Part shown: one piece after another, positions 50,515-63,420 of the stretch | Numbering within the stretch: the first letter of the stretch is position 1 | Layout of the letters: every line of letters begins with the position of its first letter | Assembly: GCA_002269645.1 (NCBI GenBank) | Contig: NIVC01003802.1 | Location: 1 to 64,000, forward strand | From: Macrostomum lignano | Taxonomy: Eukaryota | DNA: 64,000 nt | Direction of reading: 5' to 3' | Made by a program: the position numbers and the translations under genes | Notes under the pieces: model-generated | Told to the model about the DNA's origin: nothing | The model's input: the letters and a program-made list of their open reading frames with translations, nothing else | Database searches by the model: none

Positions 50515-51589
50515 ATCAACTAGTGAATTCGGACTACAGAAGATTCGATTATTGATTGATTAAAACCCTAAACATAGACCAGACCAGAGAGAAGCACATT
50601 TACATTCGTGATTCGTCAAGTGCCAGTGTCGAATATATAAATTGCTGCAAGTTAAAAGCAACAGCGTAATTATTTTATAACTTGTGTTAACAAATTTTTA
50701 TTAAGCTACTTGTTTTTAAAAAAATATATAAACCAATTTCTATAGTTCAATCGTTTGTATCTTAAAAATAAAACTATTTTGTTTTAGCAAACAAAATAAA
50801 CCGTAAAGATCATTTATAATTTAAGCTCACTTCGCGGTCAACTCCAGCACCCGAATTTTTAATCAAGCCAGCTGTGTCAGTTGCAAAAAACTGAAAAAAT
50901 AGAATAGATATAAATTGCTTTTGGAATTGGTTCAGAGTTTTCAGAAGTGTGACGATTAAATGGCAGACTCAGGATCAAATGACGAAGGCGAATACACGGA
51001 GGCAAACTGTGTAGCGCGGTAGCACTCGATGATATTGACGAATGATGCGGCAATGGCCGCAATTCTTATTTATGTATTATTTATTACTTATTTATGTACC
51101 CGTATGTTTGGATAGTTAAGGCTCGTTTGTTATCAATTCCGTCTGGGTAGTTAATAGAGATGGACCTGCGCGTATTTGCTGAATCCGTATTAATTTAATT
51201 AGGAATGCACTAGGCGGCTGCGCAACAATAAGATAGATGATAGAGCGAGTTGATGAGTCTGAGGCAATGTATAGTTGAGTATGTGGTTTGAGAGATTGAC
51301 AATGATTAAGTGTCTTGGTCTAGCAATTCCTAATCAATCATTTGCAATTAATTTGACGATCATTTATTCACATTTTTTATGCAGAACAATACATTAAATA
51401 CAAACAATGCGTTGTTTTTAGGATCGTCAAGCAGCATAACAATGCAAAGAATCAGCAGTCGTCGCAGCCCGTGACAACGATTTGTCTATTTCTTTCTATT
51501 TTTATTATTATCTATTTACTGTCTATTTTTATTTCTTTGTTCGCCGATGGCTCAGATAAGTAGCTAAGCTAGTAGGCGCCGGTCACAGT

Positions 51590-51625
51590 GGACCAATGGC
51601 AAGGCAGTTCTCAGTCGACCAATCT
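51590..51625. promoter_or_regulatory. Two CCAAT boxes in the CpG-retaining region between the divergent ELOVL and PTB genes
   Basis: CCAAT at 51593 and 51619. Function is inferred from position only. Confidence 0.2.
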
Positions 51626-54600
51626 ATCAAATCAGTGAGCAAAACTGCCAAAAGTGCAGAATCGGCGCCAGAGATGTACTTTGTGCACTCTAGGGTAGCC
51701 AAGCGGCTCGGGTAAATGAATCATGCGGTCTCTGAAGTTCGAGTTAGTCTATCATCAGCGCTATGAGAGGCTAGTTGGCGCGTTGAAGGCCAAAAGTACA
51801 TATCTTCGTATTTAGCAATGTAATAGTACATGTAGCTACCCCATAGACTCGCCACCGCAAGAATCCCCTGCACAAGTCCCCTCTGTACCTGCATGGCCAA
51901 CGCGATCTAGTCCCAGCAGTGTCCCTTATCATCGGCTATGACTTCGAGATTGACAGCAAAAAGACACTAGTTGGCAGGTAAGTGCAAAGCCCCTTCTAGT
52001 CGGAAGCCCGATTTCGAGAGTCCCGGTGTGGTGAGCCAGGGCGCACGGGCTGGTGGCAGCAAGTTAGTTGATCTGCGGATTAGCTAATTTCTACTTTCAA
52101 AATTCTCCCTGCTCGTCTCTCGCTGCCCCTCTCTTAGCTATAGGACCTAGACTGCTCGCCACACGATCAAGCTACCATGGGGCTGACCATCTGACAGGAG
52201 TGGGGGGGCAGGTCTCTAATTGATTTATTTCTGAGCCTGAGGCCCGAAGGCTTCCCTAACAAGGAGCCCGAAGGTCGAAACCCATCAGAGGCGTGGCTTA
52301 AGAACTGTGGCGGAGCGAGAGAGAGAGAGGCTTTTCATATTACCAATTCCAGAATCAGAATCGGTTCGGATCTTCCAAGAAAAACAGCAGTATAACTATT
52401 TAATTCTGTTGAATGTTTGACTGCCTTAACAACCTCACTTAGCACAATTTTTCACTTTCTTCTTGGCGATTGTCATTCAATAATAAAAACTTTATAGCAC
52501 GTATCTCCCTCTAGTTATGGAGACAAAAAGTTATACTTCACAAATTGGTTCTGGTTCTGGAACCAGAACAAGCAATATGAAAAGGCCAAGAGAGAGAGAG
52601 AGAGACGAAGAAGCAGCCGGAGTAGAAAAGAAAAAGCCTAACCCCGGGCGCCCCAGCCAGACAGGACTGATAACGAGCGGGCTGGGGTGGGTGCACGACA
52701 AAAGCTTAATTTCAGGCTAGCATAATATATGCGCGGCTTTCCTATTGGCCGGTGCGAAAACCAACTAAATTAAAAACAGAAAATTGTCGATCGCATTGTC
52801 ATACATGTAGGCTTACGAACGTCACGCAAATGTTGTTAAAATTTCTTGGGAATTACTATAAGCAGACGTTAGAGTACGAGACCATCAAATTAACAACATT
52901 ATAGAATGGCACTGCTTTCGCTAAAGCGGCCCTTGTCGGCGCCACCTCAACTGACAAACGTCACAGAAGTAAAATTTTTGAAAAACTGCTGCATGTCACA
53001 TTGTAGCTGCTCTTTCACATTTAATTGTTACATATAGTAACTAACATAGAAATGGATAAATAGATAGAAAAAATATATTCATAAAGCCAATGATTCAAGC
53101 TGTAAGTGATATTTGTATGATTTTAAGGCAATTGCAGTACATACATGTCATACATACTATCGTAACGAATTATGTTGATAGGATATAAAATTAAGATATA
53201 ACTGTAAAATCATAATTTTATAAACGAAAAGATATATTACTATCAATTGAGCTATAAGAAAGGCAAGTCATATCAAAGTATGAAAGACTAGGTCTCAAAT
53301 ATTCCGGAACCGCTAAGATATACGCTACAGGGTCTAAAGCAAGTTTATAAATTTTTGTATTTTTTAGTTTTATTTTATTGTCAAAAATAAAAATAAAACT
53401 ATAGAAATAACCTTTTTAGATTTTTTTAAACTTTAAATATAGCAAATTTTGTTAAAAGTACTTAAGGTTATATTTTGAGCTGGCTATTTTATAGGAAATG
53501 CTTTACGCTCAAATAAACTAACGTCAGTCGTCAAGTCAAGTCAAAAAATATATCAATCGATTGTGTAGTTACTTGGTGAAGCAAATGATTCAAGCAAGAA
53601 AGAAAAGTATGTTGCTTTTATTTCCGTTTTAATTATAAATTGTATTTTTTACTATTTTTATTTTTTACCGATCGAAACATGTATACTATATATCTAGGAG
53701 TATCCAAGTCTAGATGTAGGCCTAGCACATTTAATTTAATAAAAAATGTTTTTAAATTTACAAAATCATTGCAGAAGGCAGACTTAATAGTAGAAATTTC
53801 AGTAGGATTGCTGAATAGCTATAATTTGAGCTTTATTAGTTACTTAAAAACTCGCAGGTGGGAAGACAATAAACAATATTTTTACCTTTAAGTTAGGTCT
53901 ATACTATAAAAATAAGACAAGTAATATCAACCATTAATCTCTAATTTATGTTGTGATTGTTTTTAAAACAAAACGAATTTTTTTTGTCCCTTAAAAGAAA
54001 GAAAATCATTTTACTAAAAGCATTTATTGGACTTCTCCAAGTTTAGATAAAGGACTATAAAAACTGCTACTAATTTATTAACCTTAACTTGCCATAGTCC
54101 AGATCACGGCAGGTGTATGCCAGAATAAAGATTCTAGTTTTTAAAATTCAATGCCAAAGTTCTATATAAATAAAAAAATTATGACAAGCATGAAGTTGCT
54201 TATATGCCAACTTTATTTAGAAAGTATCTTTTTTATAAATAAGAGTTTTTCTAAACTAAAAAACATTTGTTCTTTGCTAGAACCTGGTATTCTTTGTTTT
54301 ACTATTGTTTTCCTTCTAAGTTTTGTTATTATTTTCCATTTTTTTCTGATTATTTAAAAAACCTCTTTGATTGATTTTAACTATATTATAGATACTTAGC
54401 CTAACAATGAACAAATTGCCTATTTTTGTATGCAAAATATATAAACTAATGTTGAATCTGAAAATTATATATGCAAATGTACACCAAGATTGTCAGCAAG
54501 GATAAAACATGCTGGAAAATTCCAGCATAAAGGCTACCTTCTGGACTATGGTCTCTAACTAGATCTTTAGTTGGGAAAATAGCCTTCTTCATAGAAAATT

Positions 54601-54944
54601 CTGGCACAAAAAGGGTTAACCATATGTTGCACCAGTGCATTCTAATGCAACAGCAAGCAGGGAGAAAAAATCTGGCACAATATAGCACAAAAATGGTACA
54701 ATTTGGTACAAAACAAAGAAAAATGATTTGACAATATTTTTACTAACAAAGTTAGTGCCTTTTTGTTTGCTAGTATATTGATAGCTTTTTTAATTAAACT
54801 AAGTCAACATTGTAGTTTCTATGAAACATATTTAAATAAAATCTATCAATATTTTTTATTTGAAAAATATTGATGACTTTAGGCTTCTATATAATAAAAA
54901 TGATTTGTTAGTAGGTAGGGCCTATCTAGATATATGATCAATTT

Positions 54945-55075
54945 AAAAAAAATGGCTCAAACCAATTTTCTTCAAACTTGCACCATTCAATTAGACATTT
55001 TTCTATGACGGTATATGCCTCGTGGCTAAGAAATTGCTTGATGCTAAAGGAATTATATATTTGAAAAACATGCTT
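54945..55075 (+). mobile_element. Decayed fragment of the Helitron-type element at 7998-8761
   Basis: Shares caaacttgcaccattc, atgacggta and cgtggctaagaaattgct...atgctaaagg with 8080-8210. Confidence 0.75.
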
Positions 55076-55499
55076 TTTTGCTAAGGTCAAGCAAAGTTTT
55101 CAACTTGAAATGCATTGTAAGAATGCTAGAGAAAAACCTAACTGGTTGAATTCTGATTCTAAAATAGATTGTAGCACACTAGGCTTTTTATTTATCCAGT
55201 CTTTGTGTACTAGCTATGTTGAAAATGCAGCATGAAAGCATAGCACAAGACTTGATTTATAGTGTGTAACCCTATTTTGCTAACTTTAATAGCAACTAGT
55301 TTTGACTTGCCTGAATAATTGATTATGTCATCATTGCTCTGTGTGACATTAACTGATTTGGTGTGAGTATTACATTATATAAGGCTACAAATTCATTTTA
55401 TAAATTTGATGAGAGTTAGCCTAGAGGTGAACAGACTAAACTTCTAATGCAGAAACCTAGGTTCAAGTCTTAGTGGTATAAAATAATTTTTTATTGAAA

Positions 55500-55730
55500 G
55501 ATAAATCAAGGATTTTTGCACTTATTAAGCCAAGGATTATTGTACTTGATAAACCAAGGATTATTGCATTTGATAAGCCAGGGATTATTGCACTTGATAA
55601 ACCAAGGATTACTGCATTTGATAAACCCATGATTATTGAACTTGATAAACCAAGGATTATTGCATTTGATAAACCAAAGATCATTGCACTTGATAAACCA
55701 AGGATCATTGCACTTAATAAACCAAGGATT
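55500..55730 (+). repeat. 24-bp minisatellite (ttattgcacttgataaaccaagga), array 1
   Basis: About 9-10 copies. Confidence 0.92.
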
Positions 55731-56596
55731 ATGTTATGCTCCTTCCCAAGTTCTATTAGTTGTACCTAAAATAAACTTGCTGCTCCAGAAGTTGTTAGAT
55801 TGTACCTCTGTACTACCTATCAATTTGCCTAAAAGAAACCTTAAACATTAGCCTTAGACTTGGTAGGGTTGCTGCCACCTTGGTTTGTACACTAAACTTG
55901 TCAGATGAGTTATCTATCTATAACCTAAAATAAAATATTAAAGTTTCTCAAAGCAAAGCAAATCTGAAAATGTCTCAACAGTTAATTGGCAAAGTTCCTA
56001 AAATTGTTGCTCAAACCTGAAAACTTGTAAGCCTGAAATGAGAGAAGGGGAGCTCCTTGCAAGTGGAGGCAGAGAGGAGATTCTGGTCTTCTAAGGAACA
56101 CCTCTGAGGAAAAATAGCTCCCAGGTGCTCCATATTTATAGCCAAGCAGACCCCCAAAAGTCACATGAGTTTCATGCAGTGAGCACATGAACTTCCTTAT
56201 TTGGGCCTCAGAGTCATGTTAAAAAGGTATGCTTCAAGGCCAACTTCCAAATAAGGTAATCATGCCAGGCAACATTGGCGTGACTCAAGGTCAGATGCCA
56301 CACACCATACTGTATGTGTATGCAGTCACATGCTTTAGTGTGCTAAAAATATATTTGGGGGGATGAGTCTTCTGTTTACTCCCTTCAAGCAACTATTACA
56401 CTCCATGCATCGGTGGGAAAAACATTGTGTGTAGCTACCTGCATACCAGCTTAGGCGATGAGTCATTAGGCAATAAACACTTAGGCCTAGCACAAGGTAT
56501 CTCTCCTTAGATCAGGCAGACTAAACTGCTGTGCAGCAGAACACAGAGCACCTAGGAAAAGCTAGTGAATGCTGCTAAAAAGCCTGTTTGTAGCCA

Positions 56597-56820
56597 GTCA
56601 GTACAATTATTGCACTTGATAAAACAATGATCATTGAACTTTGTAAAACAAAGATTATTGCACTTGACAAGCCAAAGATTATTGCACTTGATAAGCCAAG
56701 GATTATTGCACTTGATAAGCCAAGGATTATTGCACTTGATAAACCAAGAATTATTGTACTTGATAAGCCAAGGAATATTGCACTTGATAAACCAGGGATC
56801 ATTCCACATTAAACCAAAGA
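56597..56820 (+). repeat. 24-bp minisatellite, array 2 (same unit and orientation as array 1)
   Basis: About 9 copies. Confidence 0.92.
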
Positions 56821-57883
56821 ATTATTGCAATGGCTTTGAAAGGGACTTTTGAACTAGCTGAGATATCAATTTTTGCAATCTTTGCAATCTAGTGAAAGTT
56901 TAAAAAATAATTTAAGTATTTTATTTTATCCTGTCTAAACTTGAAGAAGTCATTTGAAAAGTTTTTGGTAAAAAAGACTTAGGGCCTAAAAAGTTTTATA
57001 TATAATAAATAGAAGAATATTTTATTTAATAGGTCCAACTTAGGTCCAACAAGTATTCAAAAAATGAAATATTAATTTTATAATTATACTTTTATATTAA
57101 CAGCTATTTCCTATTGTAGACTCAATACTTTTTTAATATAATAAGTAAGTCCATGATCTATAGCCATTAGCCCATTTTTCCCACTTTTTATATCATATTT
57201 AGGTTTAATAATTTATTAAGCTATTGCAATTTTCTATACCTATCCTATTTAGATATGCCTAAAACTTTATTAGACCTATCTTAGCCTTAAGCCTATTTTT
57301 TTAGCCTAGCTAAACCATATTTATAACCAGTAAGTATGTGCTTAAATAATTTTTATTATATTTTATGTGATGATTTTAAATGCATTACATCAAAAAACAT
57401 AGCATGTGCCAAATTGTTGCTAGTCAATGTCATATATTAGGCTTATATTGAATTTAGACTTACTGCTAAACTATGGCTTATCATAAATTACATATATCTA
57501 GTATTTTAAAATATTGTTTTATTTTATTATTGATAACTAATAAAACTATAAGAGACTATTTATATCGAGATAAGATAGGATATGCTATAAAATTATCAAT
57601 ATAAATTTAGTTTGGCAATTTAAGTTGGCAAAGTTGTTATAATATTTTTATTGACAGTATAATTTTTATAAGAAATCATTAAAATACTTTGTGTAAATTG
57701 ATATTAATTTTTTGAATCATCCATTTTTTGTTTTGGCATATCTGGGCTTTGGCTGCTAATTCCTAGGTCTTGTTTGTCAATAATCAGATTAATTTAGCAT
57801 TTGCTATTTTTATAGTACTTGAATATTTTTAATTGAAAGTTGTGCCTTCGAATAATGCATAAACTATTTTCTATTTCGCACAG

Positions 57884-60397
57884 AGCTCACTGAAAATGGC
57901 CCAATTCACGAGCAGCACTTGCAGTCAGGTATTCAATTCTTAGTGAAGTACAGTGGCTCCCAGCTTATTGAAGATATTCGCCCTGGTCAGCAGTTCTCCG
58001 CCACTGCTGTGTCAGCTGCCATTCAAACTCTGCTGGACTTTGTAAGCTGTGTTCATAACAGTAGTTTGTACTTTATACTTTATAACTCTTATTACCATTT
58101 ATCTCCCATATCTTCTCCCATCCCATCTCCCATACCATTTCCCATCCCATCTCCCATATCTTCTCCGATACCATCTCCCATCCCATCTCGCATCCCATCT
58201 CCTATCCCATCTCGCATACCATCTCCCATCCCATATCCCATATCTTCTCCCATACCATCTCCCATCCCATCTCCCATCCCATCTCGCATTCCATCTCCTA
58301 TCCCATCTCCTATCCCATCTCCTATCCCATCTCGCATACCATCTCCTATCCCATCTTCCATCCCTCCTCCCATTCATTCTCCCACCCTCTTTATCCCTTC
58401 CCATCCCTTCTCCTACTCCTTCATCAATATAAAATTGCACCGCTAGCAGCCCTCAACCCCACCTGGACCAATCAGAATCGCAAAGCTCGTCACCGGTCTA
58501 CGCCGGCCGTCCTGACCCTGTCCATCCGGGGCATCGAGCTACGGAGCGTCGCTCCCCAGCCGGACCCCGCGGCCACAGACTCTCACTCTGTGTTAGTGAA
58601 GTCCGGCATCGAGCGGATTGCCTACTGCACAGCCGATAAGCGAAATAATCGAGTGTTTGGCTTTGTTGCAAGAAATCAGATCAACGAAACTGTGGAACTG
58701 CATGTCTGCAAATGCGCCAACCAGAAAGAGGTTCGACGATTTTACATGGCTTGTTATAGGCGGGTAGATGGATCCCGGCCCCGGTAGATTGTAGATAAAG
58801 GCGGTAGATTGTAAATAGAGACTGTAGATTGTAGATAGATATGGTAGATTGTAGATAGAGACGGTAGATTGTAGATAGGGACGGTAGATTATAGATAGAG
58901 GTGGTAGATTGTAGATAGAGGTGGTAGATTGTAGATAGATAGAGACGGTAGATTGTAGATAGAGATGGTAGATTGTAGATAGAGATGGAAGATTGTAGAT
59001 AGAGGTGCTAGATTGTAGATAGGGACAATAGATTATAGATAGAGATGGTAGATTATAGATAGAGATGGTAGATTGTAGATAGAGATGCTAGATTATAGAT
59101 AGAGATGGTAGATTATAGATAGAGATGGTAGATTGTAGATAGAGATGCTAGATTATAGATAGAGATGGAAGATTGTAGATAGAGGTGCTAGATTGTAGAT
59201 AGGGACAATAGATTGTAGATAGAGATGCTAGATTGTAGATAGAGATGCTAGATTGTAGATAGAGGTGCTAGATTGTAGATAGAGATGATAGATTCTAGAT
59301 AGAGACGGTAGATTGTAGATAGAGATTGTAGATTGTAGATAGAGATGGTAGATTGTAGATAGAGATGGTAGATTGTAGATAGAGATGGTAGATTGTAGAT
59401 AGAGATGGTAGATTGTAGATAGAGATGGTAGATTGTAGATAGAGATGCTAGATTGTAGATAGAGATGCTAGATTGTAGATAGAGATGCTAGATTGTAGAT
59501 AGAGATGCTAGATTGTAGATAGAGATGCTAGATTGTAGATAGAGATGCTAGATTGTAGATAGAGATGATAGATTCTAGATAGAGACGGTAGATTGTAGAT
59601 AGAGATTGTAGATTGTAGATAGAGATGGTAGATTGTAGATAGAGATGGTAGATTGTAGATAGAGATGGTAGATTGTAGATAGAGATGGTAGATTGTAGAT
59701 AGAGATGGTAGATTGTAGATAGAGATGGTAGATTGTAGATAGGGACGGTAGATTGTATTGTAGATAGGGACGGTAGATTGTAGATAGGGACGGTAGATTG
59801 TAGATAGGGACGGTAGATTGTAGATAGAGATTGTAGATTGTAGATAGAGATGGTAGATTGTAGATAGAGATGGTAGATTGTAGATAGAGATGGTAGATTG
59901 TAGATAGAGATGGTAGATTGTAGATAGGGACGGTAGATTGTATTGTAGATAGGGACGGTAGATTGTAGATAGGGACGGTAGATTGTAGATAGGGACGGTA
60001 GATTGTAGATAGGGACGGTAGATTGTAGATAGGGACGGCAGATTGTAGATAGGGACGGCAGATTGTAGATAGGGACGGCAGATTGTAGATAGGGACGGCA
60101 GATTGTAGGCAGAGATGCAGAGTAGATCATACAGATGGCATAGTGGAGTCACCAGCCGCAGAATCTCCGACGCCCCCGCAGCCAGTTCAGCTGGCCTATT
60201 CACTGAACGAAGCGTTCAAAGTTGCCGCAAGAAATCTAGCGGAGCAGCAACGGCAGCAACCGCACGGCCTCGCGGCTGCGAGCATAGATGAGCAGCCGTT
60301 GGTTTGGTGCGAGGCCCAGGCTCGAACCCTGTCCGCTTCACGGGCCGACTCTTCAGCCTCGGAGCTTCAGAGCGGTTGGGTTCAGTTTTCAGCTTGA
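57884..60397 (+). CDS. LDLRAP1: Partial PTB-domain adaptor, ARH/LDLRAP1-like; exons 57884-58041, 58476-58730, 60182-(60397 or an earlier donor); first coding exon not found
   Basis: [45 protein letters not shown] and CANQKE|[15 protein letters not shown] match the recalled ARH PTB pattern (FSLKYLG, RISYCTADK, AQAFKVA). Orthology is uncertain. Confidence 0.75.
58100..58400 (+). repeat. (CCCATC)-based 6/12-bp repeat filling a PTB-gene intron
   Basis: Visible cccatc/cctatc periodicity. Confidence 0.9.
58787..60110 (+). repeat. 20-bp minisatellite (gtagattgtagatagagatg), about 1.3 kb, filling a PTB-gene intron
   Basis: About 65 copies with variant blocks. Confidence 0.97.
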
Positions 60398-60454
60398 CTT
60401 TTTATTAAAATGTAAATGGGATTTTGTTTTGTTTGTTGGCATGTAATTGGAATT

Positions 60455-61345
60455 ACACAGTGGTCATAGATGGTCAAACGAATTCCACAGTGGTCATAGA
60501 TGGTCAGACGAATTCCACATTGGTCATAGATGGTCAAACGAATTCCACATTGGTCATAGATGGTCAGACGAATTCCACATTGGTCATAGATGGTCAGACG
60601 AATTCCACATTGGTCATAGATGGTCAAACGAATTCCACATTGGTCATAGATGGTCAAACGAATTCCACATTGGTCATAGATGGTCAAACGAATTCCACAT
60701 TGGTCATAGATGATTAAACGAAATCGAAATTGGTCATAGATGGTCAAATGAATTCGAAATTGGTCATTGATGATCAAACGAATTCCATATTAGTCATAGT
60801 TGGTCAAAAAAGTTCCATTGGTCATAGATAGTTGGTCAAACGAATTCCACATTGGTCATAGATAGTTGGTCAAACGAATTCCACATTGGCAATAGATAGT
60901 TGGTCAAACGAATTCCACATTGGTCATAGATAGTTGGTCAAACGAATTCCACATTGGCAATAGATAGTTGGTCAAACGAATTCCACATTGGTCATAGATA
61001 GTTGGTCAAACGAATTCCACATTGGTCATAGATAGTTGGTCAAACGAATTCCACATTGGTCATAGATAGTTGGTCAAACGAATTCCACATTGGTCATAGA
61101 TAGTTGGTCAAACGAATTCCACATTGGTCATAGATAGTTGGTCAAACGAATTCCACATTGGTCATAGATAGTTGGTCAAACGAATTCCACATTGGCAATA
61201 GATAGTTGGTCAAACGAATTCCACATTGGTCATAGATAGTTGGTCAAACGAATTCCACATTGGTCATAGATAGTTGGTCAAACGAATTCCACATTGGTCA
61301 TAGATAGTTGGTCAAACGAATTCAAAATTGGTCATAGATGATCAA
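60455..61345 (+). repeat. Minisatellite whose unit switches from 30 bp to 34 bp (ggtcataga[tagt]tggtcaaacgaattccacatt)
   Basis: 30-bp copies to about 60800, then 34-bp copies. Confidence 0.96.
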
Positions 61346-62789
61346 ACGAATTCGAAATTTGGTTATAAATTGTCAAACTGGCGAATATTTACTCGGCCTT
61401 AATTTAAAAATTCATTGAAATGTTTAATCGGTCATATGAGAATTTAATTTTTATTGAAATTTGCAACATTTGATTTGCCTTCTTATTCTTTGTCGACAAA
61501 ACTTGGCCTTTTTTGTTTTAAACGCAGCTGCTCGTTTGCTTTTGAGGGCATTGTTGAGAATGCGAAATATTTGTTAAACAAAGCAGATCAATATAAAGTT
61601 CCCTCCCTGCTAATTAGTTTACTCTTTTGTATAAGCTTTTTATTATTATTTAGCTTTTTTATCTGCTCTGCCTTTGCAGATAGTTCACACATTTAATTTA
61701 TTTGTTACTTGCACCTGTAAGGCCATTTTTACTGAGCATCCTGTCAGATGCTCGTCTCGAGCTGTCTTAATCTCTGTGCTATTTGGTTAGTTGAGTGCTA
61801 ATTAATAAAACACGCACTATGTAAATTTCAAGATAAATTCCGTAAATTACGATGGAAACCTTTATCGTTGTTTTCGCAATTCTTCTTTTTTGTTTTATTC
61901 GTAGAATTATCTTAAAAAACATTTTAAGAACTACTTTTGGTATGTAGTAGTATAGTGAAAATTGTGTTGTAGTTGACGGGTGAAATTTTGCGCTTTGATT
62001 TGCATCTGTATCAAAAGATCCCTGCGAACTTTTTATTTCTAGTGTAGCTGGGTGGACTAAGGCTTCAGATAGCTGAATTAAATTCCTTTTAAAAAGTTTC
62101 TTAGGCTTCTTGCTGCCCGATTTCGAGTTCGAGTTAGGAAAAATATGATTAAAGCTGCTACTTGATCTGTGCTTCAGTGATGATAGCGTCTAAGAACTTT
62201 CTGCCAAGCTCTACGAACGCTCGTAATGACGCACTACAATGATCATCTGGCACATCTGGGTAATCTGAAACTGTACAGTAATTATCTGACGCATCTATCA
62301 GTGACCTTCAGTGATATTATTGGCTGCAGGAGGGCTATGGGCACCCTGACACAGCGCCTTCATGGGTCAGGGTGGAAGAGTTGTAAAATTCCATTTCGTC
62401 TCTTGAGCAATCTCATATAATGTATACTGCAGGTGATGCGTTTACCTTTAATTACATGTAACCCTTATCCGCCGTGTCGTCGGATCCTTTTTACAAAGAA
62501 TTTCGATTTGCTTCCACATGTATTTGATGCAATTTATTAATTCCAGCATCACCGATGAATGACCTGTTTGATAAGCCGAGTTCTCAATTATCAAAGTTTA
62601 TAATTTATGCTTGCTCACGGCTTCTTTGTGGCAGTTTAATTAATGCATACTGGAAAATCCATGCCGCATACAAACTTTGTCAGAGTAGTCAAGGGTAGGG
62701 ATTCATGTCACGGGATTAATTACTCCCTTTACTCGATTAGCTAATTAATCTCCCACAAGGGCCGGTTCCGATAAAAGAATGTCCTTTTG

Positions 62790-63420
62790 TGTCGTGTTCA
62801 GCATGATTATGGTCGATCAGCTGGTGTGGAACCCGACCGGCCCGCGGGCGAATGACAACAAAGCGCGAAGCACAGGGCCACTGTACCGTACGTTGCGGCC
62901 AGAACCTGTATTGGGAAGGAAGGTACGGGTCCAACTGCACCGACTGCAGACGGTCGAGAAGCAGCCAATTAAAAAGGTTCGCGGTACAGGACATCAGCGA
63001 GACCCCCCGGTTGTCTTCTTTCCTCGTCGTCCTGGTCTTCTTTAGAATTGGCAAGATTCGCTGTGTGCAGCTCGTGAGCGCGCCGTTCGTCATCACGCTT
63101 GCAATTTGGGAAGCCAAATAGCCAAGCTGCAAAACTTCGACCGGGACTTCGTTCGGCCATAGCGCCTTGCCGCCAGGTGTTTTACGAGCGAAAAACCCCG
63201 CGTCTTTTGTGGTAATTGGGCTGGTGCAGAACTTCTCAGCAGGCGCGTTTAAGATGTCGCGCAATTTCATTCCTGCGCTCCTCCGGAGTGTCGCCGGCCA
63301 AGTATCAGGGCCACGCGCTTTTTGCGTCCAGTCAAGGTCGGCTGCAGTGATGGATCGGATGGCGTCCTCGACAGCAGCCTTCGATCTGCAGCTCATCCAG
63401 TAGACGCGTAAAAAGCCTCA
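62790..63420 (-). mobile_element. Degenerate non-LTR retrotransposon reverse-transcriptase fragment (RTE/CR1-like)
   Basis: KARGPD, ILPILKK, NRGVSLMSCTANLFNWLLLDRL and LDPYLPSQYRFWPQRT resemble the pre-RT and RT domain 1-2 consensus (PIPKK, YRGISL, Q.GFRP.RST). The frames are disrupted. Confidence 0.75.

Noticed and set aside
55463-60777. Periodic ORFs at 55463-55851, 56552-56852, 58049-58446, 59508-60203 and 60382-60777
   Set aside because: All derive from minisatellites. Only the PTB exons are supported.
45741-61345. CRISPR-like appearance of the 23-34-bp repeat arrays
   Set aside because: The units are head-to-tail with no unique spacers, there are no cas genes, and the context is eukaryotic.
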